Notes: generated from the sequence alone by a model not told the origin. 39,194 bases of DNA from Halocafeteria seosinensis (GCA_001687465.1 LVLI01000095.1:62001-101194); one strand, 5' to 3'; positions 12,386-24,241 are shown, counted from the first letter of the stretch. Program-made: numbers and translations.

Positions 12386-13849
12386 TACGATCGTACTTCA
12401 TACACATTGTACAAGCACCATTGGCAAGAGCGAATGAAAGAGAAACGAGGAATATAGAAGGAGACAGTGAGTACATTTGACAAGTCAATGGTATACTCAA
12501 TGTCTACTATTAGACGGTATCCAAGCGCTTACTGTGAAGGACGATCGGAACACTCGGCGGTGACATCGTGGACGATTCGTGGGGACAGAAAGGATCTCTG
12601 GAGGCCGCTTACGGTGTATCTCTGGGACATTCGCCTCCGTCAAGAATAATTGGAATAGGTTTTATGTGGGTAGAACCTATACACACACACTGGCGGGATA
12701 TCATATGAGGTGTGGCGCTTTTCGTTCGCAGCGAGTCATATAGCGAAGTGCAGTGTAGTGGACAATTGGCCTAAGTACATTGACTTTGAGAGATACCGCA
12801 GTGAGGTACATAGCATACGAAACAACTACAGTATAACTACTCCGAGGCAACTCTGTTGCATAAGAACCAAGCCTTCAAGGGTCGTTTGTGCCTCATGTTA
12901 ACGGATCCCCGCTAAAGGGCATGACATACGACGATGCAGTGGAATGGATAACTTCATCTTTGCAACAGGCCTCGGTCAACTCAGTAGTTGTCTTGCCATT
13001 TGCTCCTGCAGGCCCGATAAGTACCTTTTATTCCTTGGAATTCGGTGAACAAACAATGAACGATCCGTTTGCGAGCGATGATCCTTAGTCGTTTACAATG
13101 TCCCCTGATTCGGTGCTCTACAATGTGTTGTTTGAATGGGGAAACAGAATTCCACCCCCTGACTTCTCTGCAGACCGCGTTACGTATTCGAGCTGTTTGC
13201 AAGGTCGGTTCCTTCTGCAAGTTGCAACCCACCGAATTGAACGCTTAATTGTCGTCCGGCAGCTTTCTCATGGACCAAGAGGCAACTGCGCATCAAGCTG
13301 AGATTTCTTGGGCGCCTCTATTATATTTCCTCGGATCAAGCACGGCGGTGGAAGCTTCTAGAAGAGTTCCTAGTGGCTGCATGTATGTAACGGTAAGATG
13401 TTCCCATAGCTCATCGTTCCTCCATTACGCTTCTAGGGTAAGGGGGAAGGTTGACAAATGGTTGACACTCAATCCGGCATCGAGTGTGTGCCTTTTTCTC
13501 ACTCCGGGAACTCTCAGCGCGTGCGTGTCTTGTTACGGGGAAGGAAGCGCTCTCGATGGGCACTGCGCTTCTGAGTTTGAATAGCATGCAGGAGACCTCC
13601 GACGTTCAAGAGTAAATACTCACGGTAACTGACAATGGGAAGGCCTTCGGGAGGTCCGTAGACCACGCTTTGTAATGGTACGAAAGTTGCCAGAAGGAGT
13701 AATTGATCATTAGAGATTAGTTCATATATGGCTGGTATGGGGCCCACTATGGGCGCCTTGTTTCCTTCGTCATTCTTCATGGAATGCGCTTCGCCGACAG
13801 AGGCGTCGTAGATATCGGATAGCGCTTCTATTAAACTTCACCAATCAAA

Positions 13850-15010
13850 CAATATACGTGGTTCAGTAATGTTCACCGGACGTGTGTTCGCCTGTAATAA
13901 TCAGATGTATACATGTAGTAGCTCCTGTACACGGATGCCGTTCAAGTGACAGTAGATAGCGTATCGATGCTATACCGGTAAACCGTTACGCAATGAAGAA
14001 CTATATGTCATTTACTAAAACTCACTGGACGTGTATTAGCCTGTAAAACGAGATATATACATGTCGGGGCGTACCTCCTTTCCTTTAGAGATTTTCTCCA
14101 GGGGACTCAACTGGCCGCTGTAATGCCGTCGGAAGATACTTGCTGCAGTTATTGATACTCTTACGAACCCTTGCCCAATCAATCACAATACGTGGTTCAC
14201 TGATGCTTAGTGGATGTATTTCAACCTCCCACATATGGTATATTCACGTACGGTTCCGTAACCCTAGCGATTGGGAACTCTCCATGTGTCAGGTGTCGCC
14301 CAACTCCACTTCGGCGAGATGGTTTCCTAACCGTAGTGTACATGTCCCAAAAATACCGACCACAAAAGCAAATACGTCAGTAAGCCTCAAACCAACCAAG
14401 CAATATACGGGCTTTTCTGTTATTCACTGGAAGTGGTTAAGGTGTAAAATGAAATGTATTTTTGTACGGTGGTACCTCCTTTCCTTTGGAGAATCTCCTA
14501 ACCCTAACCGTACAGCCCAAGATACTCCCTGCAAAAGCTAATAACTCTATGAGCCCTAACGGTTAGGGCCTAACCCAACGAAGCAAAACACATGGCTCAC
14601 TGATGCTCGATGGACATGTTGTGCCCGGCAAAAGGAGATGTATGTGTGTCGATAAGTACCTCCGTTCCTTTGCAGATTTTCCATCCCAATTGCTGCAGTC
14701 CGCTTGAGTGGCGTTCAAAACACCAAATACATAACGAAATACTCCTATAAACTCTAACACGATGAAGCAAAATACATGTGTCACTGATGCTCAGTAGATG
14801 TGTATTACCGGCCAATCGTCGATGAGTGCATACGGTTTAGGGATTTCGGAAAATCTCCATACAGGAATGCCGTTCCCAGAGTGTTCCTCGAAGCCGACCA
14901 GTACTTTACGATTCGGCTGCAGTGATGCTTAGTGGACACGTATAAGCCTGAGATTAGTGGACGTGTATTACCCTTCAGGATGAGATGCATACATGTACGA
15001 AACCTCACTT
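13850..15010. repeat. Degenerate tandem repeat array, ~150-210 bp period, about 7-8 partial units
   Basis: A CACTGATGCTYAGTGGAYGTGTATT-like core recurs near 13865, 14020, 14200, 14425, 14600, 14782, 14920 and 14953. A GTACCTCCTTTCCTTTRGAGA-like block recurs near 14071, 14472 and 14656. Confidence 0.7.
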
Positions 15011-15058
15011 GTGCGTGACGTGTGCTAATTAGCCAAGATATACTGCATATGAAGTCAA

Positions 15059-16533
15059 CTAACTGAGGGGTGTGGATCTGTTGGTTTCGCCATGACGGTT
15101 ACGCTTTCGCCGTTGGCTGGATGAATCGGCCAGCCCAAACCCGCTTATTGTAACATGTGGCCGAACGTCCCCGTTTTCTAAGAGACTGTCAATTGACCGC
15201 TTAATACGATGAACTTCGTTATGTGTACCGAGGGAAAACTGGTCGGGAAATTCCCGGAGGTCACGGAGAATCTTTCCAAACCCCTCCAGCGTCTGCCTAT
15301 CTTCCCAGTTGGTTGGCAAGGTAGAACTGCTCCCTTGTATTCTCCGTAGGCTTTGACGTGCCACTCTGAACCCCCTTACATTTGCCTGGTGTTCCTCTAC
15401 TCGCTGCAACGCATCTAGGCGCGACCCGTCCAAACGTAATGTTCTCTCACTTGAGGTAGCTACCAAACCGTCGGCTTCTAGCAAGCAGGAGAAACATTCC
15501 AGAAAATCTCTATCAGATATTCCCGTAGGAAAGTCTTCCCGCCAGAATAGCTCCCGCATCTGCGTGCGTAACGTGTCTACCTTTTCGCTTGGAGGAAACC
15601 GAAAATCCATCAAGGTAAGATACGCAAACGCTATGGCGTATATGCCACAATCATCATAGTTTGGCTGAAGGGGTACGACTGCTCTGCGAATGGAATACCT
15701 CGCTGTGCGATTGTGGTCTCTGACTCTAACTAAACCCTAACTGTGGTCTCTGACACTAACTAAAGCAAGTGCTTGATGTTTGGTATCTTCATCTATCACC
15801 TCCTCAGTCGTAAGTGGATCCATGACCAAGATAGTTTCCCGTCAGAGGTCCCAATGAATTGTTATGAAATGGTTGTTGCGTATGAAGGCTACACCGATCG
15901 CATAGTCGAATTCTCGGAGCTTGCTAGTCCACCGCTGATCGTAACGGCCACCAACAAAGTTATTCAACCACACAGAAGGAAGTACATTACTAGGAATACT
16001 GCTCTTGAAGCACTGTAGGTCCACAATTGCAAGTACTTGTTGAACAATCCGTGTGGAAAGCCATTCAATGGCTGCCATTGTCCACGCTGGAGCCGTTGAA
16101 GGTGCGTTCGAGGGAAGATGAGCGACCGGATATCATCTTTCAACTCCCTAGGTGAATGTGACTCAACGCTGAATATATCTTCGTCATCGTCCTCGGTCTG
16201 CGTGCCATCATGAGGGTCTTCATCTCCATCATCAGCACATGTTTCAGCGCGTAGGATTCCCGCGTCTCGTCTCCTCAGGAGGGCTTTGGTTATTCGCCTG
16301 GCATCCCCTCGTTTCGTGGACGAACTGGCACGCCTCAGAAGCTGGAGTTCTTCTAATTGCTCCAAAAGCTCAAGACCTTCTCGTACAGAAGCAACTCCCT
16401 TCCTCATTCCAAGTCTCTTTAGGTGTTTAATAAGGACGCCGGCTCTCTGTTCGCGTTCTCCAGTGGGTGGTATGATTTCTTTAGTGGCCTCCCCACATTT
16501 TTCCTGGCTCCATTTGGTTTCTCCCATGGTCAA
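15059..16533 (-). pseudogene. Ulp1-family (C48) cysteine protease pseudogene
   Basis: HLQRLQRG / EWLSTRIVQQVL ... RNNHFITIHWDL*RETILVMDPL ... VPLQPNYDDCGIYAIAFA retains His, Asp, Gln and Cys. The frame is broken by a frameshift near 16082, a TGA at 15844-15842 and a 30-bp insertion carrying TAG near 15740. Confidence 0.75.
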
Positions 16534-16967
16534 ATGAAGACAAATCTGCGAGAATCGTCGCTTCCAAGGTTGCTCGTTGTAATGGTGTAATGCGAGCGTT
16601 TCGTGCGAGTTTGTTGAAAATTTTCGTACCGTGAAACGTCCATACCTGTTTTTGAAGGATCTATTGCTTGGCTCAAAGCGTCGGCAAGGTGAACCAAACA
16701 GAGCAAGTGTTCCATTGAGGGAAAAGAGTACTCTACGGCAGGAGTAATTGTCGTCTGGGCGTCGTCATGCATGGCAAATTTCAGCCAAAGTTCTAATGAG
16801 TCCCGCGCTTTTCTATAAAACGATATCCTTAGGACCTCCAGGAAGCATATAAGGTTTGATATAGTCTCCCTCGACACAAAGGAATGGCCAATCGTTTCCC
16901 ATCCATTCCGCCGCGTATAGAACTTGGGAAAGTCAGAGTTGCGTCTGTCGTTGATGTGAACCGAACT
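15059..16967 (-). mobile_element. Decayed Mutator-like element (MULE): transposase fragment followed by a Ulp1/C48 protease pseudogene
   Basis: 16967-16530 reads GWETIGHSFVSRETISNLICFLEVL...KFAMHDDAQTTITPAVEYSFPSMEHLLCLVHLADAL, matching the MULE ET..., D...FP...HxxCxxH pattern. The Ulp1 motifs follow on the same strand. No terminal inverted repeats or target-site duplication identified. Confidence 0.7.
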
Positions 16968-17016
16968 TCACAAACTCGAACTGTACCTACCTGTATGAGG
17001 TATGATATGACTTGGT

Positions 17017-17037
17017 ACACACACACACACACACACA
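17017..17037. repeat. (AC)10 microsatellite
   Basis: Read directly from the sequence. Confidence 0.9.
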
Positions 17038-17079
17038 TGCAGATACCACCCCCACACATGCACAAAGACTAGGTAGCCC

Positions 17080-20028
17080 ATGTCCGGCGAGGAGGAAAGT
17101 GAAGAAGCGTCCTCGGAGGCCATTGACATTCATGAACATGACAAAGCTGCAGGAACCTACAGAGTGCTCGAGGAGACGCATGCCAGATTCGTGGCAGAGC
17201 TTGTATGTAGGATACTCAAATGCCAATGCTTCACCCATTCTCTTTCTGTACTAGGTGATGCATACGGAATTTCGTGGTACTGCAGGATAGGTCGGTGAAT
17301 GTCGTGTACAATGATGAGCTATCCCAGGAGAGCATTCGCTTTGTGAGCATCAAGTGGGCACATTTGCCACGTATTGTGTATACACTCACTTACACACTCA
17401 AGTATCGGGTGAACATTAGACTCAAACAAGCACGAAACAGCAGCACCGACGAGCAACAGGATAACGTGATTCGCTGTGCTCCTGGAGATCCCTTACAGTT
17501 CTTGGAGTGGAGTGGCACCCTTTCCGAGCAATTCGATGATACTGTATGTAGTACCAGCTGCTGAGGACATGATGAACAAGTCGCAAAAATAACGCCTTAA
17601 GCGCAGGTGACGACAGGGGTGGTCATACCGTTTGTAAACTCTAAACAAGGGGTGAGCACGACAATTGCTGCATTGAACACTTGCCGAGCGGTTGTGGGGA
17701 TTTGCACTCTGCACGAAGGAGAGGACGATGACATCTGCCTATTTCCCGAAACTGTATCTCTGTTGACGCAAATCAATGCTGCAGAGGTACTCATCCCCAT
17801 TTGGAAGCAAACTGGTGTAACGCTACGAATGGCACAGTGGCTCTTGCAAGAATTGCATCGTCAAGGCTTTAATGCCAGACATCACGGTATGGAATACTCA
17901 GCTGCAAAAGGGAGAGAATTTCTTAAACAGTTCTGTCAGTGGAGTGCTCCTGGGCATCTTTTGGATCCCGCTCAATCATATTCAAATGGGAGTCTTGACA
18001 TACCGACGGAGAGTGATACTGAGGATATGGCTATCTGTTGCCTTGAAACGTACAATAAACTGACTACCAACTCCCTTCAATCGTTGATATTTTTGAATGA
18101 GGGTAAGCTACTCTTCTGTAGTGTTTATTGCGTTTGTTTGAGTTTGGCCTGTGCACCTCTTGTCGTTTTCAGGAGTCTTATATTGTCGGCGGATACAGCA
18201 TAGTGATCAGCTGAATTGCTCTCTAAAAACTTTATACGGGATGAATATTCTGTCGATGGGCACTAAGCGGAGAGTGCATATCCAAGGAGAGGCAGCTGGG
18301 AATGTCTCTCCGACGTCTCTATTTCAGTTTCTGAACAGGTGCTGCTCCAAACTTGGATCATCGCTTCTGCGCAAATGGATCCTCCAGCCCACATGTAATC
18401 GTGAAACATTACAGTATCGCCAAGGCATGGCGAACTTCTTGTATACACATAATTCAGACTTACACCGACTAAGAAGTATTCTAGGAAGCGCTTCGATACG
18501 ATGTTTTGATCTTCGTGACATTTACTACAGCCGACGCCGGTCTCTGCGGCCGGTGAACCATCTATCTGTAGTAGAAGCTGTAATTGGGTTTATCGGAACA
18601 TCATCCGGGATTATTGATGAACTACGGGATTTAGTAACATCAATGAGAGAAACACGAGAGTCTTCGCAGGTGGCAAATGTTGTGTCTGGCAAGCTTATGT
18701 CATCATCCCACGTCTTGGAGACTCTCAAGCCGCTTAAGAATGAGCTAAGCGAAACAGTACAAGCACTTCATCGTGGCGTGGATACACTCCCGTACGCGGA
18801 AGCTCAGTCGGATTCTTTTCGGGTCTGCTACCAAGAGCTCGATAAACTCCGAAAGAGCATGGACAAGGAAGGTAGCCGTGTAGCTGAGACTCTAGGAGTA
18901 AGTGACCCTGTACAAGGAAATCGGTCCCCACTGTCCTTGGAATTGAGCGACACTGTATATGGAGTATCGTTCCGGCTACCGAAAAGGTATCATTCTAGAG
19001 TGCGATCTTTCTTTCAGAACAGCGAGGAAGAGACGTCGGTATTGCGGCAACGCGTATCTTCTACTTCCGTATACTTCCAAACGGATGTGTTGCATATTTT
19101 AAGTGAGCAGTACTTCAGGCAACGTGAAGTGTTGGAGCAGAGAAAACAGTTCTTTTTGTCGAGTATTTTACGCAAGGTGGAAAAAGAAGCACCCGCTCTT
19201 CGTCAACTCGCAGATATCGTAGCAGAGATTGATGTTCTGTCAGCGTTTAGTTTGGTGGCGTTTGAGAGTCCTCAACGGTTTACAGTTCCTGTGATGTGCG
19301 AGAGTCGCCGCGAGTTATTCTTTCAGGGGCTTCGCCATCCTATGCTGGAGCGATCCCTTGGCAACGACTTTGTCGATAATAACATTAGGCTGTCATCGAT
19401 GGTTAATGCATCAACGATGAACGAAGATCCTGGCTTGACATCGACAGATGTAGCCCTCCTTAGCGGACCAAACTCGGGGGGGAAATCGACACTCATTGAG
19501 AGTGTTGGACTAGCCGTATATTTGGCACACATTGGATGCATTGTTCCTGCTCGTGAAGCAAAAGTCCCACTATACAAACATTTATGCCTTCTCCGTGCTT
19601 GTCATGACAACGCGCTAGGTGGAGTCAGCTCCTACATGAATGAGATGCTCGAGCTCAGCTCTATGCTGCGGATGAGCTCTTCTAAGAGTCTCATTCTTAT
19701 TGATGAGATTGCTGGTGGTACATCCGTAGATGAAGGATTATCTTTAGTTGCCGCGGTCATTGAACACTTGTCAACTATTTGTGGATGTCAGGCTATTGTG
19801 ACAACCCATGCTCCCGAGATGCTAGATGCGTTGAAGTCGGAGGGATGTACAGGTGTTACTGAATGGGCTTTCCAGACCACTTGTGGGGAGAGCAGCTCCG
19901 ATGGTGCAAGCCCGCAGCCTTCCTACCGGTTAGTCGTAGGGAGAGCGGACTGGAGTTTCGCCATTCGGTGTGCTCAATCCGCGGGATTACCACCAGGCGT
20001 CATTGAAATTGCTCAGTCAAAGTTGTAA
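17080..20028 (+). CDS. Divergent MutS homologue, closest to MSH2, ~910 aa, 4 exons
   Basis: Exons 17080-17202, 17286-17543, 17607-18102 and 18173-20028 are in frame. MSH2-like segments: YRVNI..APGD, SLLTQINAAEVL, SLFQFLNRCCSKLGSSLLRKWILQP. ATPase motifs: RHPMLE, GPNSGGKST, SLILIDEIAGGTS, TTH, SFAIRCAQSAGLPPGVIEIA. Confidence 0.85.
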
Positions 20029-20439
20029 CGGCGTTCCGACTAGACACAGTCATTACTACACCTGTAACAACTACTGGTAGCTAAAGAAGCCTTGTGATGC
20101 GTTGTTTCACAAACACATTCAACAACTGCACAATACTTCGGCAGTCGAGTCGAGTGAGTGAGTGATGGTGGAAAGGGCACTGCCTGAGGCGCTCCTCGCC
20201 GACAGTATCGATGGTAGCTACTGGCGAATAAGGGAAGTATCTGGGTGGTCTGTGAACCGCGATTCGGGAGTTCTCACTGAAGAAGTTCTCAGCACTGCGG
20301 CACTGCCTGCCTGCTGTGAAGTTACTCAGGCATGTCTACTACGTTATGTTTGGATTTGTGTTGCCATTGGTGGTTAACTAGCTCCAATCCATCTACTCCA
20401 TACTAAATAGGGACATTCGCACGTACAGTATCAGTTTAC

Positions 20440-22809
20440 ATGATGGAAGTTGTGTCGTCTGTGTTACATGAACTGGGGGCTGAGCTGTCCGAGACAGGGA
20501 GTGCGCAGCAGCAGAAGGAGGAGGGCCATGAGACTGCTCCTTCTCCTCTCTTGCAGTTCAAGCATGGAGCAAGTAAGGGCACCATTAAGGAGTTCATCCT
20601 CAATGTACGTATCACATGTTCTATTGGTTTCCACGGAGGAGGATAGAGTGAATGAATGATGGCACGCAGAGTGATCTTCGTGCTCTAGGAGGCGTATATG
20701 CCCTACCAAGAGGGGTAGATCACATAGATGGCCCTGCTCTACTGCAAATCACGGCCGTCGTCAACTTGTCTGTGCCCTCGTACAACCAGCAGTCGTCTTC
20801 GGCCGGTATGATGGGCGTTAAAGCCACGGATGGACAACGGGGCGTGATGCTGGTGGAGGTAGACTCCATCAAACAAGTGGTCAAGTAAGAGAGGAAGGAG
20901 AGGAGAAGAACATGTCTTGAAGAAGAAGTTTACTTTGCGTCTTGCTTTGCAGCTACAACACGCCGCCGGGGACAAAGATTCAGGTCAGGAATGCTACCAT
21001 ATCTCAGAACCGACTGATACTCATTGAGAAAGGAGCCAAAGTAGTTAACCTAGGGGGAACGGTGAACGAGTTGAAACAAACATGGGAAACCAATAAAGTA
21101 CGCTCATTTGAGTCTGTTGTGGATGTTGCTATCGCCGTATGTATACACACCGTCGTATTCCGTAACCAGCGTATTCAAAACCAAAGGACCAATAAGGCAG
21201 AAGGTGGCAAACAGAATCCGTCCCGAGAAGCAAGAGCCTCCCTAATGGATGAAGAGGTCGATACATCTCGCGGACCACCTCAGTTTATTCCGTTTTCAGA
21301 AGTAAGTCACAAATTGTGTTCATGCTACACTACCGCACTGATGGGACAGGGCTCTGGCATCTCGCCTGTGAAGTGCAGGATATTGTTAAAGATGCAATAA
21401 AATGGATGGAACAGAAACAAAAAGCGAGCAAAAAGGCTGTCAAGAGTAGTAGCGGCGGGGCTGCCGGTGGAAATACCATGAATGAAATAGGAGCGTTTGC
21501 ACGTGGTATTAGTAAGGATGCTAAGAGGAAAATGAGAGATGTTGTGGCACCACCAAATGGAATCGGAAATGCTGAAACTGAGACCCCAAAGGAGGCAGAT
21601 AGCACGGAATCTGCTGCCAAACCGAAGTTTAATGCAGTAGAACAACCGTCATTTGATTACAGACGTCGCCGTCACGAAACCCAAGAAGCGACCGACTCAT
21701 CCAAGAATGTGACGGAAAATAAGAGTACACACTGGACGGGCCAAGCCCGACAAGGTTCAGGAGCAGATGTGTCCCAGTATTTTGACCGAATGCCCACGGA
21801 TATCTCGGCGGAATTATCCGCTGAAGTTCGTCTATTTGCTGCCATGTCTTTACAAAGTATCAAGTATGGTGGTAAGTTTGAATGCACCGTGGTTGGCCTT
21901 GATATTGAAGAGAGCACGGAGCAGCAGAGCGAGCAGGTAAAGTTTGTCTTGGAAGATAGGTCTAAAAGCTGTATTGTAGCCGTACCAAGTACAGACTTGG
22001 AAAGGGAGTTGTTTACACTTGGACGGTACCACAGTGTACAAGAACTGCGTAGAGCAAAAGATGGTGAGAAAGAAGCCAACAAGCGACTTCAAAAGTTGCA
22101 GAATCGCTTTGGTAATCAAAAAGTCCAAGTCACTTTGATGTTTGCGGAAGCAAAGACGATCATTACTCACGTAGAGGAAATATATTCTGATAGGAGGAGA
22201 GAAGATGCCGTAGCAGACGATATACTTCAGTCGTTGACATCAGCACGACCGCCACAGCCGCCAGACTGGGACCGAGGTAGTCGCGGCGGCCGTGGCCGTG
22301 GCCGTGGTCGTGGTCGTGGACAAGGCCAGAGGGGCCGCGGTAGAGGAAACGGGTCTCCTTCTGCTGCAAGCAGCGTGGACACAGGAAAAACGTATGGCTC
22401 AAATAAGTTAGGTGGAGATCACGATAGAGGAAGTACCGGTAATCAAAGAGGGCGTGGTAATGAATCGTTTCAGAAAGGATCATCAACTGCAAGGAACGTA
22501 GACACTTATGGCCAGATGAATAGTTCCGGTGACTCAAGTGAGCGTGGAAACCATGTTACCCGGGGTTACGGGGGCCGGGGGCGAGGTCGAGGAGATGCCC
22601 GAGGTCGAGGGAGGGGAAACGCAGGCACTAACGGGAAGAATAAACCCACCGCCGAAATAAGTAAAGCATCTGGAGGGTCTTCAAGTCGTGGAGGCAGGGG
22701 TGGTACCAGAGAGGCGGGAACTCAGGCTCCTCGCGGTCGCGGTGGACGAGGTGGTACGAGAGGCCGAAGTACTGGCTCCCGAGGTGGAAGGGGACAAGTG
22801 GTGGGATGA
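20440..22809 (+). CDS. RMI1/TDRD3-family OB-fold protein with RGG-rich C-terminus, ~695 aa, 5 exons (start codon uncertain)
   Basis: Exons 20440-20604, 20670-20884, 20953-21097, 21170-21301 and 21379-22809 are in frame. Motifs ILNSDLRALG, GPALLQI, ATDG, NTPPGTKI, LGGTVNELKQTW and GPPQFIPF match the RMI1_N/TDRD3 OB-fold. The tail has RG/RGG repeats. Confidence 0.8.
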
Positions 22810-23237
22810 TATAAGCTGAATAACACTACTGTAGCTCTTGGAATGTACCACCCCTGCGTTTCTGTACCGTATTTTATAAGTGATAGCTTCTTCCAAACAG
22901 GTCCTTTGACGCGGACGTTTGTTTATCCTAGTGTTCCAGTTCTACATCAACGAAGTTTTCAACAATATACATATAAACCAGGTAGATATTTCGTACCAGT
23001 TCGAGTTGTTGCTTGTTATCGGAGTAACATAGAGTCTTCGTGCCGTGCGTGGCACAGCGTGTGGGGGTGACTTGAGTTCTTCACGGTACGAACTGCGCAA
23101 CGGATACAGTAGACACGACTAGTTTATGCCCTTTGTCTGGAACTACTGTACAGTATCAGCGGATAGGTAGAGAATACTAGAAGAATCCAATCAGACACCG
23201 TTTATAACAGATGATTATTTAGGCGTCGTAGTGTATA

Positions 23238-24233
23238 ATGAACACCGTGCTATCAGCCATCAAAGACGTGCAGGAGGAACTGGAGACTCTTCGGAAAGAA
23301 GAAGCGGTAGGTTGGTCAAGGTTAACACCTCTGCTCCCTGAACAAAAGATGTTTTCTCTCTGTGTGTGTGTATGTGCACAGACTCTACAACAAAGTGTGG
23401 GAAATATCCAGGGACTACACTCCCGTATTCAACAAGCCAAAGGGATGATAGAGGAAGTAAGTTTTGGTAGAGAATTCCTTTTGTTCTGTTACTGAAATTC
23501 GTTTCATGTTGTTATGAAACACCAAGATCAATACCAATCTTAAACGGACACACAGAAGTATTCAGTAGATCTCTCCAGTTCAGCGTCTCGCTTGAAAGCT
23601 TATCGAAAGACTCTTAATAGTCTGTGTGTACGACACGAAAAAGAGGAATTGAGGGACAAGAAGGAATTGCTGCAACGCATCAAAGAGATGAAGGCAGAAT
23701 GGACGAGAAGGCACAGGCAACAGCTATATACGGACAATGTCATCAACCAGAAGATTAAGGCAGTATATGTTCTCGATGGAGCGTTCATGAGAAGATCAAA
23801 GAACAAAGAGGATGAGCACAACAGGTCTCTGGAGCATCTCAGGTATAGAATGAAAGTGCTGACGGCAGAGGAATCGAAACTCAGCACGCAGGAAGACAAT
23901 CTCCAAAAACAAGCACATTTACTCAATGCCCAAGTTGAAAGCTCAGAAACCAGTGTACAAAGTATGACAGGTCTATTGTTTATTGTTCAACACGAACGGT
24001 CGATATTTGTATTTATCTACGGGGGATCGTGCAGAGCTGCAAGCGAAATGCGGGAAGGTTGGACACGAATATTCACAAATCAAGGAGCACATTCGACACC
24101 TTGATCGCCAAATAGAGGAAAAACAGAAAGAATGCGTACGTGCATATTGAGTTCCTTCTGTTGTGCGGATGAGAAAGCTGCAACGCCTCAATTGCAGGAA
24201 CGCTTAGCATTAGAAGTGCAACAGAGGGATTGA
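23238..24233 (+). CDS. Uncharacterised coiled-coil protein, ~231 aa, 5 exons
   Basis: Exons 23238-23306, 23382-23456, 23556-23970, 24035-24135 and 24198-24233 join in frame via GT-AG introns. The product is E/K/Q/L-rich with heptad character. Confidence 0.7.
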
Positions 24234-24241
24234 AGACCCAT

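Noticed and set aside
12888..13780. Chain of short ORFs that might be a pseudogene
   Set aside because: No recognisable motif or consistent splice model.
13850..15010. CRISPR-like array
   Set aside because: Units are long and diverged, with no identical repeats and unique spacers, no cas genes, and a eukaryotic context.
20162..20377. Extra 5' exon of the RMI1/TDRD3-like gene, or a small separate gene
   Set aside because: Needs a weak or non-canonical donor; cannot be resolved without RNA data.
17080..22809. Functional DNA-repair gene cluster (MutS next to RMI1/TDRD3-like)
   Set aside because: Two adjacent genes in a compact eukaryotic genome is compatible with chance, and there is no synteny evidence here.
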